A stretch of 64,000 nt of DNA. Origin: Patescibacteria group bacterium (lineage in GTDB: Bacteria; Patescibacteriota; Patescibacteriia; UBA9570). The translations under genes were made by a program, and so were the position numbers. Position 1 is the stretch's first letter. Every line of letters begins with the position of its first letter. The stretch is from NCBI GenBank assembly GCA_041660305.1, contig JBAZWO010000005.1:10247-74246 (forward strand), written 5' to 3'. A model generated the notes under the pieces. It was not told the origin of the DNA, did not search any database, and saw only the letters and a program-made list of their open reading frames with translations. Positions 35,779 to 44,586 of this stretch are shown in pieces.

Positions 35779-36642
35779 TCAATCTTTAGCATAACGATTT
35801 ATTTCGGAATTAAGAAATATTTCAATGTGTTGGATAAAGTCTTCGTTTAGTGTGGTTCCATAATGAGCAGCTTTTTGTTTACATAACTTAATCAGGAGTT
35901 TTATACAAATCGCATAACTTGTTGCGATATTAAAATTACCAGACAGTGGAAATATTTTATCCAGTAGTTCGTTTTCATTATTGCTCAGTTTTTTGTACAA
36001 GGCAGATGATTCCTTGGCGGAAATTTTTTTCTGCAAAGTATTTTCTTTCCAGCCAAAATATTTTTCATATAGTAAAACCATTACGATATCACTGATTCCT
36101 TTCCAGCGTCTGTACATATCGCGATCTTTTCTAAAAAGACATTTCGTAAAACGTGGCACAGAAAATAAAATATCAGCCAGCTGATTTTTCACGCTATTTT
36201 CTTTAATTATTTTTAGTTTAGAATTAGTTTTAGTAGAAGGTTGAGCATTTTTGTAAACAGTGATAAAAGGACCGAATCCAGCAGATATTTTGGTTGCGAT
36301 ATTATCAGTGATCGAAAAATCTATTTTTTGATAAGATGAAAAATCTTTTAGCATAATCATCTGGGACAGATTGTTTTCAGTGCTATCAAGCAGATGTAAT
36401 CCAATTACTGGAGAAATAGCATTGAATATTTGCAAATATTTTGCTTGGGTTTTTGCTAAATCATTTGAACAGACGATCATATCAATATCAGAGTACTCGT
36501 CGGATTTGTTATCAACTTCCTTTCCGAAGAAAAAAATTGAAAAAATTTCCGCTTCTTTGGCAAACGAATCGATAACAAGATTTCTTAATTCTTCACGTGT
36601 TTTAAATTTTTGCATGTTAATTTTAGTAAAATCATTATCCAC
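35779..36642 (-). CDS. Nucleotidyltransferase-domain protein (KNTase/ANT(6)/Lnu-like architecture)
   Basis: Pol-beta NTase motif FFFGKEVDNKSDEYSDIDMIVCSN plus a ~200-aa helical C-terminal domain. Confidence 0.5.
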   Translation of the reverse strand: MDNDFTKINMQKFKTREELRNLVIDSFAKEAEIFSIFFFGKEVDNKSDEYSDIDMIVCSNDLAKTQAKYLQIFNAISPVIGLHLLDSTENNLSQMIMLKDFSSYQKIDFSITDNIATKISAGFGPFITVYKNAQPSTKTNSKLKIIKENSVKNQLADILFSVPRFTKCLFRKDRDMYRRWKGISDIVMVLLYEKYFGWKENTLQKKISAKESSALYKKLSNNENELLDKIFPLSGNFNIATSYAICIKLLIKLCKQKAAHYGTTLNEDFIQHIEIFLNSEINRYAKD

Positions 36643-36643
36643 A

Positions 36644-37477
36644 TTACTGGCTTATGGTTGTTTTCTTTGCCAGATAATTGGTTTTAGAAACTATAGGCCG
36701 TTTCAGTTCTTTTTCGAGAGCCTTTCTAGCATTACCGGCTACTCGGCCGCCTCTGTTGGCATCTTGTTTTAATTTTGGGACGCCTTTAGATTGTTCTTGA
36801 CGATGAATTTCAGTAGTAGATTTTTCTCCCAGCATGGTAAAAATCAATTCAAAATCATCCATATGATCTCGTAGATTTTCTCGTTTTAGGCTTTTAAGTT
36901 TTTTATATTCATTTGGTGTTACGCCAAACGTAGCTTTAGATATTTCAGCGGTCAAAATTTCATAATCTTTTTCTTCTTGAGCACCTCGTTGTTGCCATTC
37001 ATTCGTTAATTCTTCACGAATCGCAATGCCGCGTATTCTTTTTTCTATCCAAGCATCGCTATAGCCTTTGGCTTTATATAAAGCCCGGGTACGTTTAGTA
37101 GATAATTCAGGATCTTCTATTTCCTGTACTCGTTCATAACCAACTTTGGCTAGCCAGCGTTTAAATGGTTCCGCTTTTGGAGAAGGAATGGATTGAATAA
37201 TTCGAAAAATACCTTCGGTATTGGCACAATCGGTTAAATATTTTTTACCATCTAAACTAACTAATTTCAGTTGTCGACAAATTGTCGATAACTGAATTTT
37301 TTCCTCTTCATTTACTCGAATTTTCATTTTATACCAATAATCATTAGCATTTATACTGTTTGTTAGTGCTTCAATCACATCTACTACCGAAAACCACCAT
37401 TCGTTCTGAAATAGGGTTTTACGGATAGTTTTGCCTTTAAATATGGCAAGATGTGTAACTTGGCTAATATTAGGCAT
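36644..37477 (-). CDS. Bro-N-domain (phage antirepressor-like) DNA-binding protein
   Basis: N-terminal FKGKTIRKTLFQNEWWFSVVDVIEALT. C-terminal WIEKRIRGIAIREELTNEW...ENLRDHMDDFELIF pattern, common in BRO-family proteins. Confidence 0.6.
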   Translation of the reverse strand: MPNISQVTHLAIFKGKTIRKTLFQNEWWFSVVDVIEALTNSINANDYWYKMKIRVNEEEKIQLSTICRQLKLVSLDGKKYLTDCANTEGIFRIIQSIPSPKAEPFKRWLAKVGYERVQEIEDPELSTKRTRALYKAKGYSDAWIEKRIRGIAIREELTNEWQQRGAQEEKDYEILTAEISKATFGVTPNEYKKLKSLKRENLRDHMDDFELIFTMLGEKSTTEIHRQEQSKGVPKLKQDANRGGRVAGNARKALEKELKRPIVSKTNYLAKKTTISQ

Positions 37478-37626
37478 AGTGTTTTTTTTATGTTACCTAA
37501 CCATGATTTTACCGGCCTTTTTTGAAAAGGCTACAGAAAAAGCATGATCGTGTTAATTAGTGAGGTTATTTTAGCAGTACAAAACAAAATGAACAATTAC
37601 GCTTACACGCTGAGTGATTTAAATTT

Positions 37627-37902
37627 TCAATTAAAATTAGTATTGGCAAGACGATTCAAATATGATTCCGCATCTTTTAAATTATCAAAATTTTCAACTT
37701 CATAATCAATACCATCTCTCTCATTTTGCATTCTCTTTCTTTGAGTGTTAACAACAGAATAAGAATTTTCTCTATATTTTACTATATTAAACCAATGTCC
37801 TTCTTTTTCTATAAACTTTGTTTTGATAATTTGGTGCATATTAAATTTTATTTCACTAGTGCATATACGAACCTTAGTATTGTCCAATCCAGTAATGAGC
37901 AT
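37627..37902 (-). CDS. Hypothetical protein (91 aa)
   Basis: ORF only; very AT-rich. Confidence 0.3.
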   Translation of the reverse strand: MLITGLDNTKVRICTSEIKFNMHQIIKTKFIEKEGHWFNIVKYRENSYSVVNTQRKRMQNERDGIDYEVENFDNLKDAESYLNRLANTNFN

Positions 37903-38030
37903 GAACTAAGGAGTCATTCTAGGAGTGGTATTCTGATTAATTAAGTAAAGGGAGCGTAAGTTGCAAATTAACTTCAAATTTTGTAAATATGCTTAGTAAG
38001 TTGAACGCTTTTATAGTATGGCTAATATAT

Positions 38031-38095
38031 CAAAAATAATCAATCATTTCACGGTACTCTAGATATTAACCCCCGGGTTTATCCCGGTGGGTTAA
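38031..38095. repeat. 65-bp direct repeat, left copy (includes an AACCCCCGGG hairpin)
   Basis: caaaaataatcaatcatttcacggtactctagatattaacccccgggtttatcccggtgggtta differs at 3 positions from 39234-39298. A second partial hairpin lies at 38117-38140. Confidence 0.9.
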
Positions 38096-38156
38096 TTAAG
38101 GCAACTATTAGACAAAGGCAGGTTTATGCCGGTGGGTTAAATAAGGTAGTTATTGA

Positions 38157-38717
38157 TTAGACAAATTTAAGAACTTCATAATCTCTGATTAAAATGGTTT
38201 GTTGAGTAGTGTAGGTTAATCCTTTATTGGGTTGATTTTCAAAACCAATATAAATGCAATTAACGTGTCTTTTTTTAATTTCTTGTACGGCAGGTTGTAA
38301 ATCAGAATCGGAGCTAGCTAATAAAATATTTTTTACTACTTGGTCACAAGCAAAACTAACCATATCAACAGCAATTTTTACATCAACACCTTTTTCTTTA
38401 AAAACTAATGCACCATTTTCCATGTGCCCACGTACTCGGCCACTAAGAGTTACTGAAAAACCAGTTTTTTCTAAGTGAGTTTTTAGTAAACGTTGTTCTT
38501 CAATTAGTTGTTTAGATTTATTTTTAGTTCTCGGATCTTCTTTGATTTTGGCAAAGTAAAAAATCTTATGATCAATGTGTAAATCTGATAATATAGCTTG
38601 AAATAGACTGTTGAAGTTGTAAGTATGCCATGTTGGACGAGATTTTTTATGGGTTTTAAAAACAGCTGCAATTTTAGCTTTGAAATTTTCTCCATCAATT
38701 AATAAAACAGTTTTCAT
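38157..38717 (-). CDS. NYN-domain (LabA-like) putative RNase
   Basis: MKTVLLIDGENF ... LASSDSDLQPAVQEIKK. ATG 38717 preferred. Confidence 0.7.
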   Translation of the reverse strand: MKTVLLIDGENFKAKIAAVFKTHKKSRPTWHTYNFNSLFQAILSDLHIDHKIFYFAKIKEDPRTKNKSKQLIEEQRLLKTHLEKTGFSVTLSGRVRGHMENGALVFKEKGVDVKIAVDMVSFACDQVVKNILLASSDSDLQPAVQEIKKRHVNCIYIGFENQPNKGLTYTTQQTILIRDYEVLKFV

Positions 38718-38743
38718 TCGTAACATTATATAATAATTTAACT

Positions 38744-38776
38744 AAAAACCCCAGCGGACCTTTCGGCTGGCTGGGG
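38744..38776 (-). terminator. Intrinsic terminator after the CMD gene
   Basis: Reverse strand: CCCCAGC-cagccgaaaggtcc-GCTGGGG followed by TTTTT. Confidence 0.65.
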
Positions 38777-38841
38777 CGTTTATAAAGGCATTATCGCTTA
38801 TTTTTTATGTAAAGTCAAGCGTTTTTGTGGATAACTAAAAT

Positions 38842-39180
38842 TTAATCAATAATTTTAAGTTCTTTTAAAATACTGAAGGCATATCTAGCATTGGGATAGG
38901 TAATTGAGCCACCACCAATAACACCAATTTTTATTGCCTCTATCATTTCATCTTTATTGACGCCAGTACTTATACATCCCTGAATATGATACAAAATGCA
39001 TTCATCACATTTTGATAATACTGAAATGGCCAAGCCCATTAATTCTTTATATTTTTTTGGAATAGCTCCTGAACTGTAGGTTTTATCATCAAGATTGCCA
39101 AATTCTTTAAAAAAATCATCATTATTTTCCATTAAATTGTTTAATATTTTTCTTTGTTGGTTCAAGTTATTGATATCCAT
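38842..39180 (-). CDS. Carboxymuconolactone decarboxylase/AhpD-like family protein
   Basis: 112 aa with LSKCDECILYHIQGCISTGVNKDEMIEAIKIGVIGGGS. Confidence 0.7.
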   Translation of the reverse strand: MDINNLNQQRKILNNLMENNDDFFKEFGNLDDKTYSSGAIPKKYKELMGLAISVLSKCDECILYHIQGCISTGVNKDEMIEAIKIGVIGGGSITYPNARYAFSILKELKIID

Positions 39181-39233
39181 AATATAAAATTAAAAATAAA
39201 TTATATATCACGCTTTTATTATCCCTAATCCAC

Positions 39234-39298
39234 CAAAAATAATCAATCATTTTACAGTATTCTAGATATTAACCCCCGGGTTTATCCCGGTGGGTTAT
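39234..39298. repeat. 65-bp direct repeat, right copy
   Basis: caaaaataatcaatcattttacagtattctagatattaacccccgggtttatcccggtgggtta. Confidence 0.9.
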
Positions 39299-39387
39299 CA
39301 AAAGGAAGTCTGTTCAAGCTGGTAGATTATCAAACTAAGCTGTATTTATCAGTGCGGTCAGCATTTTATCAGAGTATTATCAGTGAT

Positions 39388-39540
39388 TCAATTCGTTGCC
39401 TCCCTCAATTGTTGCACGGCATATGGTATTAATCGTTTAGTTTTTTTATGTTTGGCAATTAAGCGATTGAGTTGGGCTTTGGAAATATGAGTCACTCGCT
39501 TAATATAACTTCGCACGATACTTCGGTCTTTCTTTTTCTT
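39388..39540 (-). pseudogene. Start-less fragment resembling the N-terminal HTH of a DDE integrase/transposase
   Basis: Reverse frame KKKKDRSIVRSYIKRVTHISKAQLNRLIAKHKKTKRLIPYAVQQLREATN* lies directly after a TAA with no ATG. The resemblance to transposase HTH regions is from memory only. Confidence 0.3.
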
Positions 39541-39575
39541 TTAACGATGGTTAAATAAACATTTTACTATATTTA

Positions 39576-39604
39576 TTGCAAAAAACATAAAATTTTGTTA
39601 TAAT
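39576..39604 (+). promoter_or_regulatory. Promoter of the glycan locus
   Basis: TTGCAA, 17 nt, TGtTATAAT (extended -10). Confidence 0.55.
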
Positions 39605-39641
39605 ATAAGTTAATTACAACTATATTTTTTTGTTTAATATC

Positions 39642-40310
39642 ATGAACAATGGGCGAAATTTAACTGATTTTAAGATTAAAGAAGATGGGTATTATTCGCA
39701 ATTTCGTTCGGAAATGTTAGCGTTTATGCCTAGTAATACCAAAACATTACTTGATATAGGTTGTAGCGAGGGGTTGTTTGGTGCGGCTGCTAAAGAGCAA
39801 TTGAATGTTAACACAGTGTGGGGTGTTGATATCGACGAACAATCATGTAGCCAGGCGCGTCAGCACTTGGATAATGTTTTATGTGGCGACATCACTCAAT
39901 TAATAAGCAAATTACCAGAGGCTTATTTTGATTGTATTTCTTGTAACGATATTTTAGAACATTTAGTGGATCCGTTTACATTATTACTTAAACTCAAGAA
40001 AAAATTGAGTCCGCAAGGAGTAATTATTTGTTCAGTGCCGAACGTGCGTTATTTTTTTATCTTGAAAGAATTATTATTACATAAGCAGTGGCGTTATACA
40101 GATGCGGGCATTTTAGATAAAACGCATTTGCGTTTTTTTACCAAGAACAGTTTAAAAAATATGTTTGAAACATTAGGTTATTCGGTATTAACCATACAAG
40201 GGATTAATCCTATTACACCCTGGAAGTTTATTTGGTTAAAATTATTATCATTTGGCTATCTAGCTGATACACAATATTTACAATTTGCTTGTGTGGCCAA
40301 ACCAATATGA
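39642..40310 (+). CDS. Class I SAM-dependent methyltransferase
   Basis: Motif I LLDIGCSEGLFG. ATG 39642 preferred over TTG 39630. Confidence 0.8.
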   Translation: MNNGRNLTDFKIKEDGYYSQFRSEMLAFMPSNTKTLLDIGCSEGLFGAAAKEQLNVNTVWGVDIDEQSCSQARQHLDNVLCGDITQLISKLPEAYFDCISCNDILEHLVDPFTLLLKLKKKLSPQGVIICSVPNVRYFFILKELLLHKQWRYTDAGILDKTHLRFFTKNSLKNMFETLGYSVLTIQGINPITPWKFIWLKLLSFGYLADTQYLQFACVAKPI

Positions 40311-41758
40311 GCGTTGCTACATCTAAAACATCTACGATTGTTTATTTCATCATGGCAGCTTTTTATTTAAGTGTTTTTATTTTAGCTAATACGGTTATTG
40401 GTTTTAATATTTATTTGTATTTATTTTGTTTAGTGGGAGCTGGAGTGTTTATTTATCTCAAACCAGTAGTGGGTTTGTATTTAATTGTATTTTTAACCAT
40501 GATCTTTGAACGGTTTTTTACGCTTACTCCAATTATCGTTAATCGCGCAACCTATAAATTTTATCCACTGGATTTATTATTATTAATCACGTTAGCTATT
40601 GTGTTTATTAAAAAACCATTAGCGGCGCGTTGGTTACCGCTGTATCAAGCTAATAAAAAACTATTTTGGAGTTTGGGCATATTTTTTTTAATATTATTAG
40701 CTAATCTAATACGCGCAGTAGTAGTGCAGGGAGATTTAGATAACGCTATTAGTGTAGTGAAGAATTATATGTTTTATAGTTTGGTTTATTTAATTACTAT
40801 TCAGCTTATTAATACGGCTACGCGCTATCAAGAATTATTGCAAGTTATGCTTCTGGCTACGCTGGTTATTTTAGTGATTTTTTTGTTCGGTTTAATTACT
40901 GGCCAAGGAGTGCTAACACAATTCATTCCGTTGTCAACTTATGGTACGCGTTATCTAGGAGGTAGCCATAGTTTTTATATTACGATTATTATTATATTGC
41001 TGTTTAGTCATTTAGTTTACGAACAACGCATGGTAAAAAGTTGGCCATTATTTTTACATGGTTTAGTATTATTATTTTGTTTATTAGCACTAGTATTATC
41101 ATTATTACGTCATTTATGGCTAGGAGTATTTTTAGGGCTGTTTTTTATGGCGTTAGTTTATCCAGTTAAGCAAAAAATAAAACTAGGAAAAATTTTAGGC
41201 ACGGTAGCCTTAGTAGCGTTATTAGGTTTTGGCAGTTTAGTGGTAGTAAATAAATGGCAACAAGCCACTGGTTTAGCTACTAGCGATGTATTAAGTAGTT
41301 TAACCATTCGCGCTCAATCCATTATACAGTTTAATTTTACCGATGAAAGCGCGGTGTGGCGTACGGAAAGTTGGAAAGCGGCACTCCAAATTTGGACAAA
41401 ACAGCCAGTGTTTGGCCTAGGTATTGTAAATAAAATAACGGTTGAATTATTTGGTTGGCAAAGTGAAATTTTACCGCGCGATTTACACAACGATTTTGTG
41501 GCCATATTATTACAAACTGGTATCATCGGGTTGCTGGCTTGGTGGTGGTTTATTCTGGAGATTAGCAAATGGTTTGTACAGCAGTTTCGTCAGGTTTCTA
41601 TTAGTGAAAAAAAACAGTTAATTGAAATTACGGCCATCATAGGGTTGTTTTTATTTAGTGCTAATTTTGGTACGTATTTTGATATTAATTTATTAGTAAT
41701 TTTTTTCTGGTTATTTTTAGGCTTACAACATAATTACTCAAGTATTACCAAAGCTTAA
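40307..41758 (+). CDS. O-antigen ligase/Wzy-like polymerase family membrane protein
   Basis: At least 10 TM helices and the loop RDLHNDFVAILLQTGIIGLLAW. ATGA overlap with the upstream stop. Confidence 0.7.
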   Translation: MSVATSKTSTIVYFIMAAFYLSVFILANTVIGFNIYLYLFCLVGAGVFIYLKPVVGLYLIVFLTMIFERFFTLTPIIVNRATYKFYPLDLLLLITLAIVFIKKPLAARWLPLYQANKKLFWSLGIFFLILLANLIRAVVVQGDLDNAISVVKNYMFYSLVYLITIQLINTATRYQELLQVMLLATLVILVIFLFGLITGQGVLTQFIPLSTYGTRYLGGSHSFYITIIIILLFSHLVYEQRMVKSWPLFLHGLVLLFCLLALVLSLLRHLWLGVFLGLFFMALVYPVKQKIKLGKILGTVALVALLGFGSLVVVNKWQQATGLATSDVLSSLTIRAQSIIQFNFTDESAVWRTESWKAALQIWTKQPVFGLGIVNKITVELFGWQSEILPRDLHNDFVAILLQTGIIGLLAWWWFILEISKWFVQQFRQVSISEKKQLIEITAIIGLFLFSANFGTYFDINLLVIFFWLFLGLQHNYSSITKA

Positions 41759-41797
41759 TTAATTGTAGATTTGTTAAAAACATGTCATAATTTTATT

Positions 41798-42646
41798 ATG
41801 TTAAAACAGTGGTTTTTTTATGGCCTTGGCTTAGCTGTTTTATTGATTAATAAAATTAGATACAGTTTATTAGGTTATCAAAGACCGCGTGATTTTCCAA
41901 GCACAGCTATTAATCAGGCAATTACCTACGATGTTTCGGTGGTAAATAATTGGTTAAACACTTTAACAGAGTATGCTGGTGTTGGTGTAGTTAATAAAAC
42001 AGTATTAGAACTTGGGCCAGGGGCAGATTTAGGCGTAGCATTAATTCTTTTAAGCAAAGGCTCTAAAAAATATAGTGCCGTGGACGTTAATAATTTAAAT
42101 AAAAATGTGCCAGCAATATTTTATGAAAAATTATTAGCTCAGCTAGGCAAACCAGAATTAAGCAGTGCGTTACAAAATAAAAATAAAATTAATTATATTT
42201 GGGATAGTAATTTTAATTTAGCACAATTATCTAGCACAGATTGTGATATTGTTGTTAGTCAAGCGGCTTTTGAGCATTTTACTAATCCTGAACAAGCTTT
42301 AACACATTTAAGCCGGGTGGTGAAATCCGGAGCAATGTTAATTGCTGAAATTGATTTGCAAACACATACCCGTTGGTTGCGTACGCAAGATCCATTAAAT
42401 ATTTATCGTTATTCAGAAACTGTATATAAATGGGGTTATTTTTCTGGTTTACCTAACCGGGTACGTCCGTTAGCTTATGAAAAAGTTTTAGAGCAAAACG
42501 GTTGGACAAACATACGTGTAATACCGAAAAATACAACTAACCAAGCCGAGCTACAGCGTTATCAAGCTTTGTTAGCTAAGCCATTTCGTAATAAAGCCGC
42601 ACAAATGGAAATATTAAGTTTTGTTTTGTGTGCTACTAAAAAATAG
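41798..42646 (+). CDS. SAM-dependent methyltransferase
   Basis: VLELGPGADLGVALILL motif I. ATG 41798 preferred. Confidence 0.65.
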   Translation: MLKQWFFYGLGLAVLLINKIRYSLLGYQRPRDFPSTAINQAITYDVSVVNNWLNTLTEYAGVGVVNKTVLELGPGADLGVALILLSKGSKKYSAVDVNNLNKNVPAIFYEKLLAQLGKPELSSALQNKNKINYIWDSNFNLAQLSSTDCDIVVSQAAFEHFTNPEQALTHLSRVVKSGAMLIAEIDLQTHTRWLRTQDPLNIYRYSETVYKWGYFSGLPNRVRPLAYEKVLEQNGWTNIRVIPKNTTNQAELQRYQALLAKPFRNKAAQMEILSFVLCATKK

Positions 42647-42664
42647 CTAAGGCTAAATTATTCT

Positions 42665-43408
42665 ATGATTTCTGTTATTATAGTTAGCTACAACACCAAG
42701 GATTTTTTACAGAAATGTTTAGAATCGTTACAAAAACAGCAACAAGTTGATTATGAAATAATGGTGGTGGATAATAATTCTTCTGATAATTCTGTTGCTA
42801 TGGTACGGGCTAATTTTCCCCAGGTTAAATTAATCGCTAATATGAATAATGGCGGCTTTGCTAAAGCAGTTAATCAAGGTATTCAGCAAGCGGTAGGTGA
42901 TTACATATTGTTAGTTAATCCAGATATGATTGTGCCGCCAGAGGCTTTGTTTAACATGCAAACCATTTTACAACAGCAGGCTGACATTGCCTTATTAGGC
43001 GCTAGGTTAACGTATCCTAATGGCCAGACGCAAGCTTCCGTGGGCAATTTTCCGGCTTGGCTACCAAACTTAGCTACCAAACTAAAATTAAGTAAAATAT
43101 TCCATTATGGGCGATATTATAAACCAAGCTATAATAAACTAACTAAAGTAGATTGGGTTTCAGGTGGGTTTCTTATGTTCAGTAAAAAATTAATTGATAA
43201 AATTGGTTGGTGGGATGAAAAATATTTTCTGTATTTAGAAGACGTTGATTTTTGTAAACGAGCTGCTCAAGCTGGTTTGGCCGCGGCTTTTACACCGGCA
43301 GTAAGTGTATTACATTATCATATGCAGTCTACCAAGAAAAAACCACAGTTAGCTAATGAGGCAGAAAAAAACAGTCAGGCTTATTACCGTTTGAAGTATA
43401 AAACATGA
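42665..43408 (+). CDS. Glycosyltransferase family 2
   Basis: ISVIIVSYNTKDFLQKCLESL ... MVVDNNSSDNS. Confidence 0.85.
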   Translation: MISVIIVSYNTKDFLQKCLESLQKQQQVDYEIMVVDNNSSDNSVAMVRANFPQVKLIANMNNGGFAKAVNQGIQQAVGDYILLVNPDMIVPPEALFNMQTILQQQADIALLGARLTYPNGQTQASVGNFPAWLPNLATKLKLSKIFHYGRYYKPSYNKLTKVDWVSGGFLMFSKKLIDKIGWWDEKYFLYLEDVDFCKRAAQAGLAAAFTPAVSVLHYHMQSTKKKPQLANEAEKNSQAYYRLKYKT

Positions 43409-44586
43409 AAATATTAAATATCAATAAATATTATTACATCAAGGGAGGAGCGGAGCGTTATTATTTTGCTTTAACTGAGTTGTTAATGGAACACGGTCAT
43501 CAGGTGATACCTTTTTCTCAAAAACATGATAATAATATGGTCACGGCTTATGCTGATTATTTTCCAGAAACAAAATATCGTTTTTTTTCATCGCCAGCAG
43601 TGGCTGCTAAACTAGAGCAGTTAATTAAAAAAGAGCAACCAGATATTGCTCACGTGCATTTACTGTATCATCATTTAACGCCAGCGGTTTTAACAGTGTT
43701 AAAACGTTATCGTATTCCAGTGGTCATGACGGTGCATGATTATAAATTAATCTGCCCAAATTATTTGTTGTTTACCCAAGGCAAACCATGTATACGTTGT
43801 AAACGTTATAATTATTATCAATGTGTCATCCATCGTTGTATCAAAAATTCATATGCCAAATCAAGTCTGGTGGCACTGGAAATGTATTGGCATAAATTTT
43901 GGAAAAGTTATGAAAATAACATTAATGTGTTTATCGTGCCATCTGAATTTGTCAAGAATAAATTAATAGAATTTGGTTTACCAGCTAATAAAATAAAGCA
44001 GATTGCTCATTTTATAGATTTAAACAATAAACAGCCAGTGTACCAGCCGGGTGAGTATTTACTGTATTTTGGTAGGTTGTCTGCAGAGAAAGGGGTTGAC
44101 AAAATACTAGAAGTTCTTTATAATAGCGCGTTGAGAATAAAGTTTAAAATTGCTGGTAACGGGCCATATTTGCCAGTTTTACAAAAACTGGTTAAACAAT
44201 ATTCTCTACAAAACCAAGTGGAATTTTTAGGTCACCTTGATACTAATCAATTGCAGCAGGCTATTCAACAGGCGCGCTTAACCATCGTACCATCTATGGT
44301 TTGGGAAACATTTGGTTTAGCAGCACTAGAATCGTTTGCTTACGGGAAAACAGCCTTAGTGAGTGGTCAAGGAGGTTTGGCCGAGGTGGTGATACATAAT
44401 CAAACGGGAATTATTTATCAGCCGAGTCAATTAGCGGAAGAACTTAATAACATTTGGGTAGATGAAAAAAAGATAATTTCTTTAGGGAAAAATGCTAGGC
44501 TATATGTGGAAAAAAATTATAACAAACAACAGCACTATGAGAAGGTTATGTCTGTGTATCATGCTTTGCTGCGGGTTAATTCCTAA
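43405..44586 (+). CDS. Glycosyltransferase family 4 (GT-B)
   Basis: C-terminal WETFGLAALESFAYGKTALVSGQGGLAEVV. Confidence 0.85.
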   Translation: MKILNINKYYYIKGGAERYYFALTELLMEHGHQVIPFSQKHDNNMVTAYADYFPETKYRFFSSPAVAAKLEQLIKKEQPDIAHVHLLYHHLTPAVLTVLKRYRIPVVMTVHDYKLICPNYLLFTQGKPCIRCKRYNYYQCVIHRCIKNSYAKSSLVALEMYWHKFWKSYENNINVFIVPSEFVKNKLIEFGLPANKIKQIAHFIDLNNKQPVYQPGEYLLYFGRLSAEKGVDKILEVLYNSALRIKFKIAGNGPYLPVLQKLVKQYSLQNQVEFLGHLDTNQLQQAIQQARLTIVPSMVWETFGLAALESFAYGKTALVSGQGGLAEVVIHNQTGIIYQPSQLAEELNNIWVDEKKIISLGKNARLYVEKNYNKQQHYEKVMSVYHALLRVNS

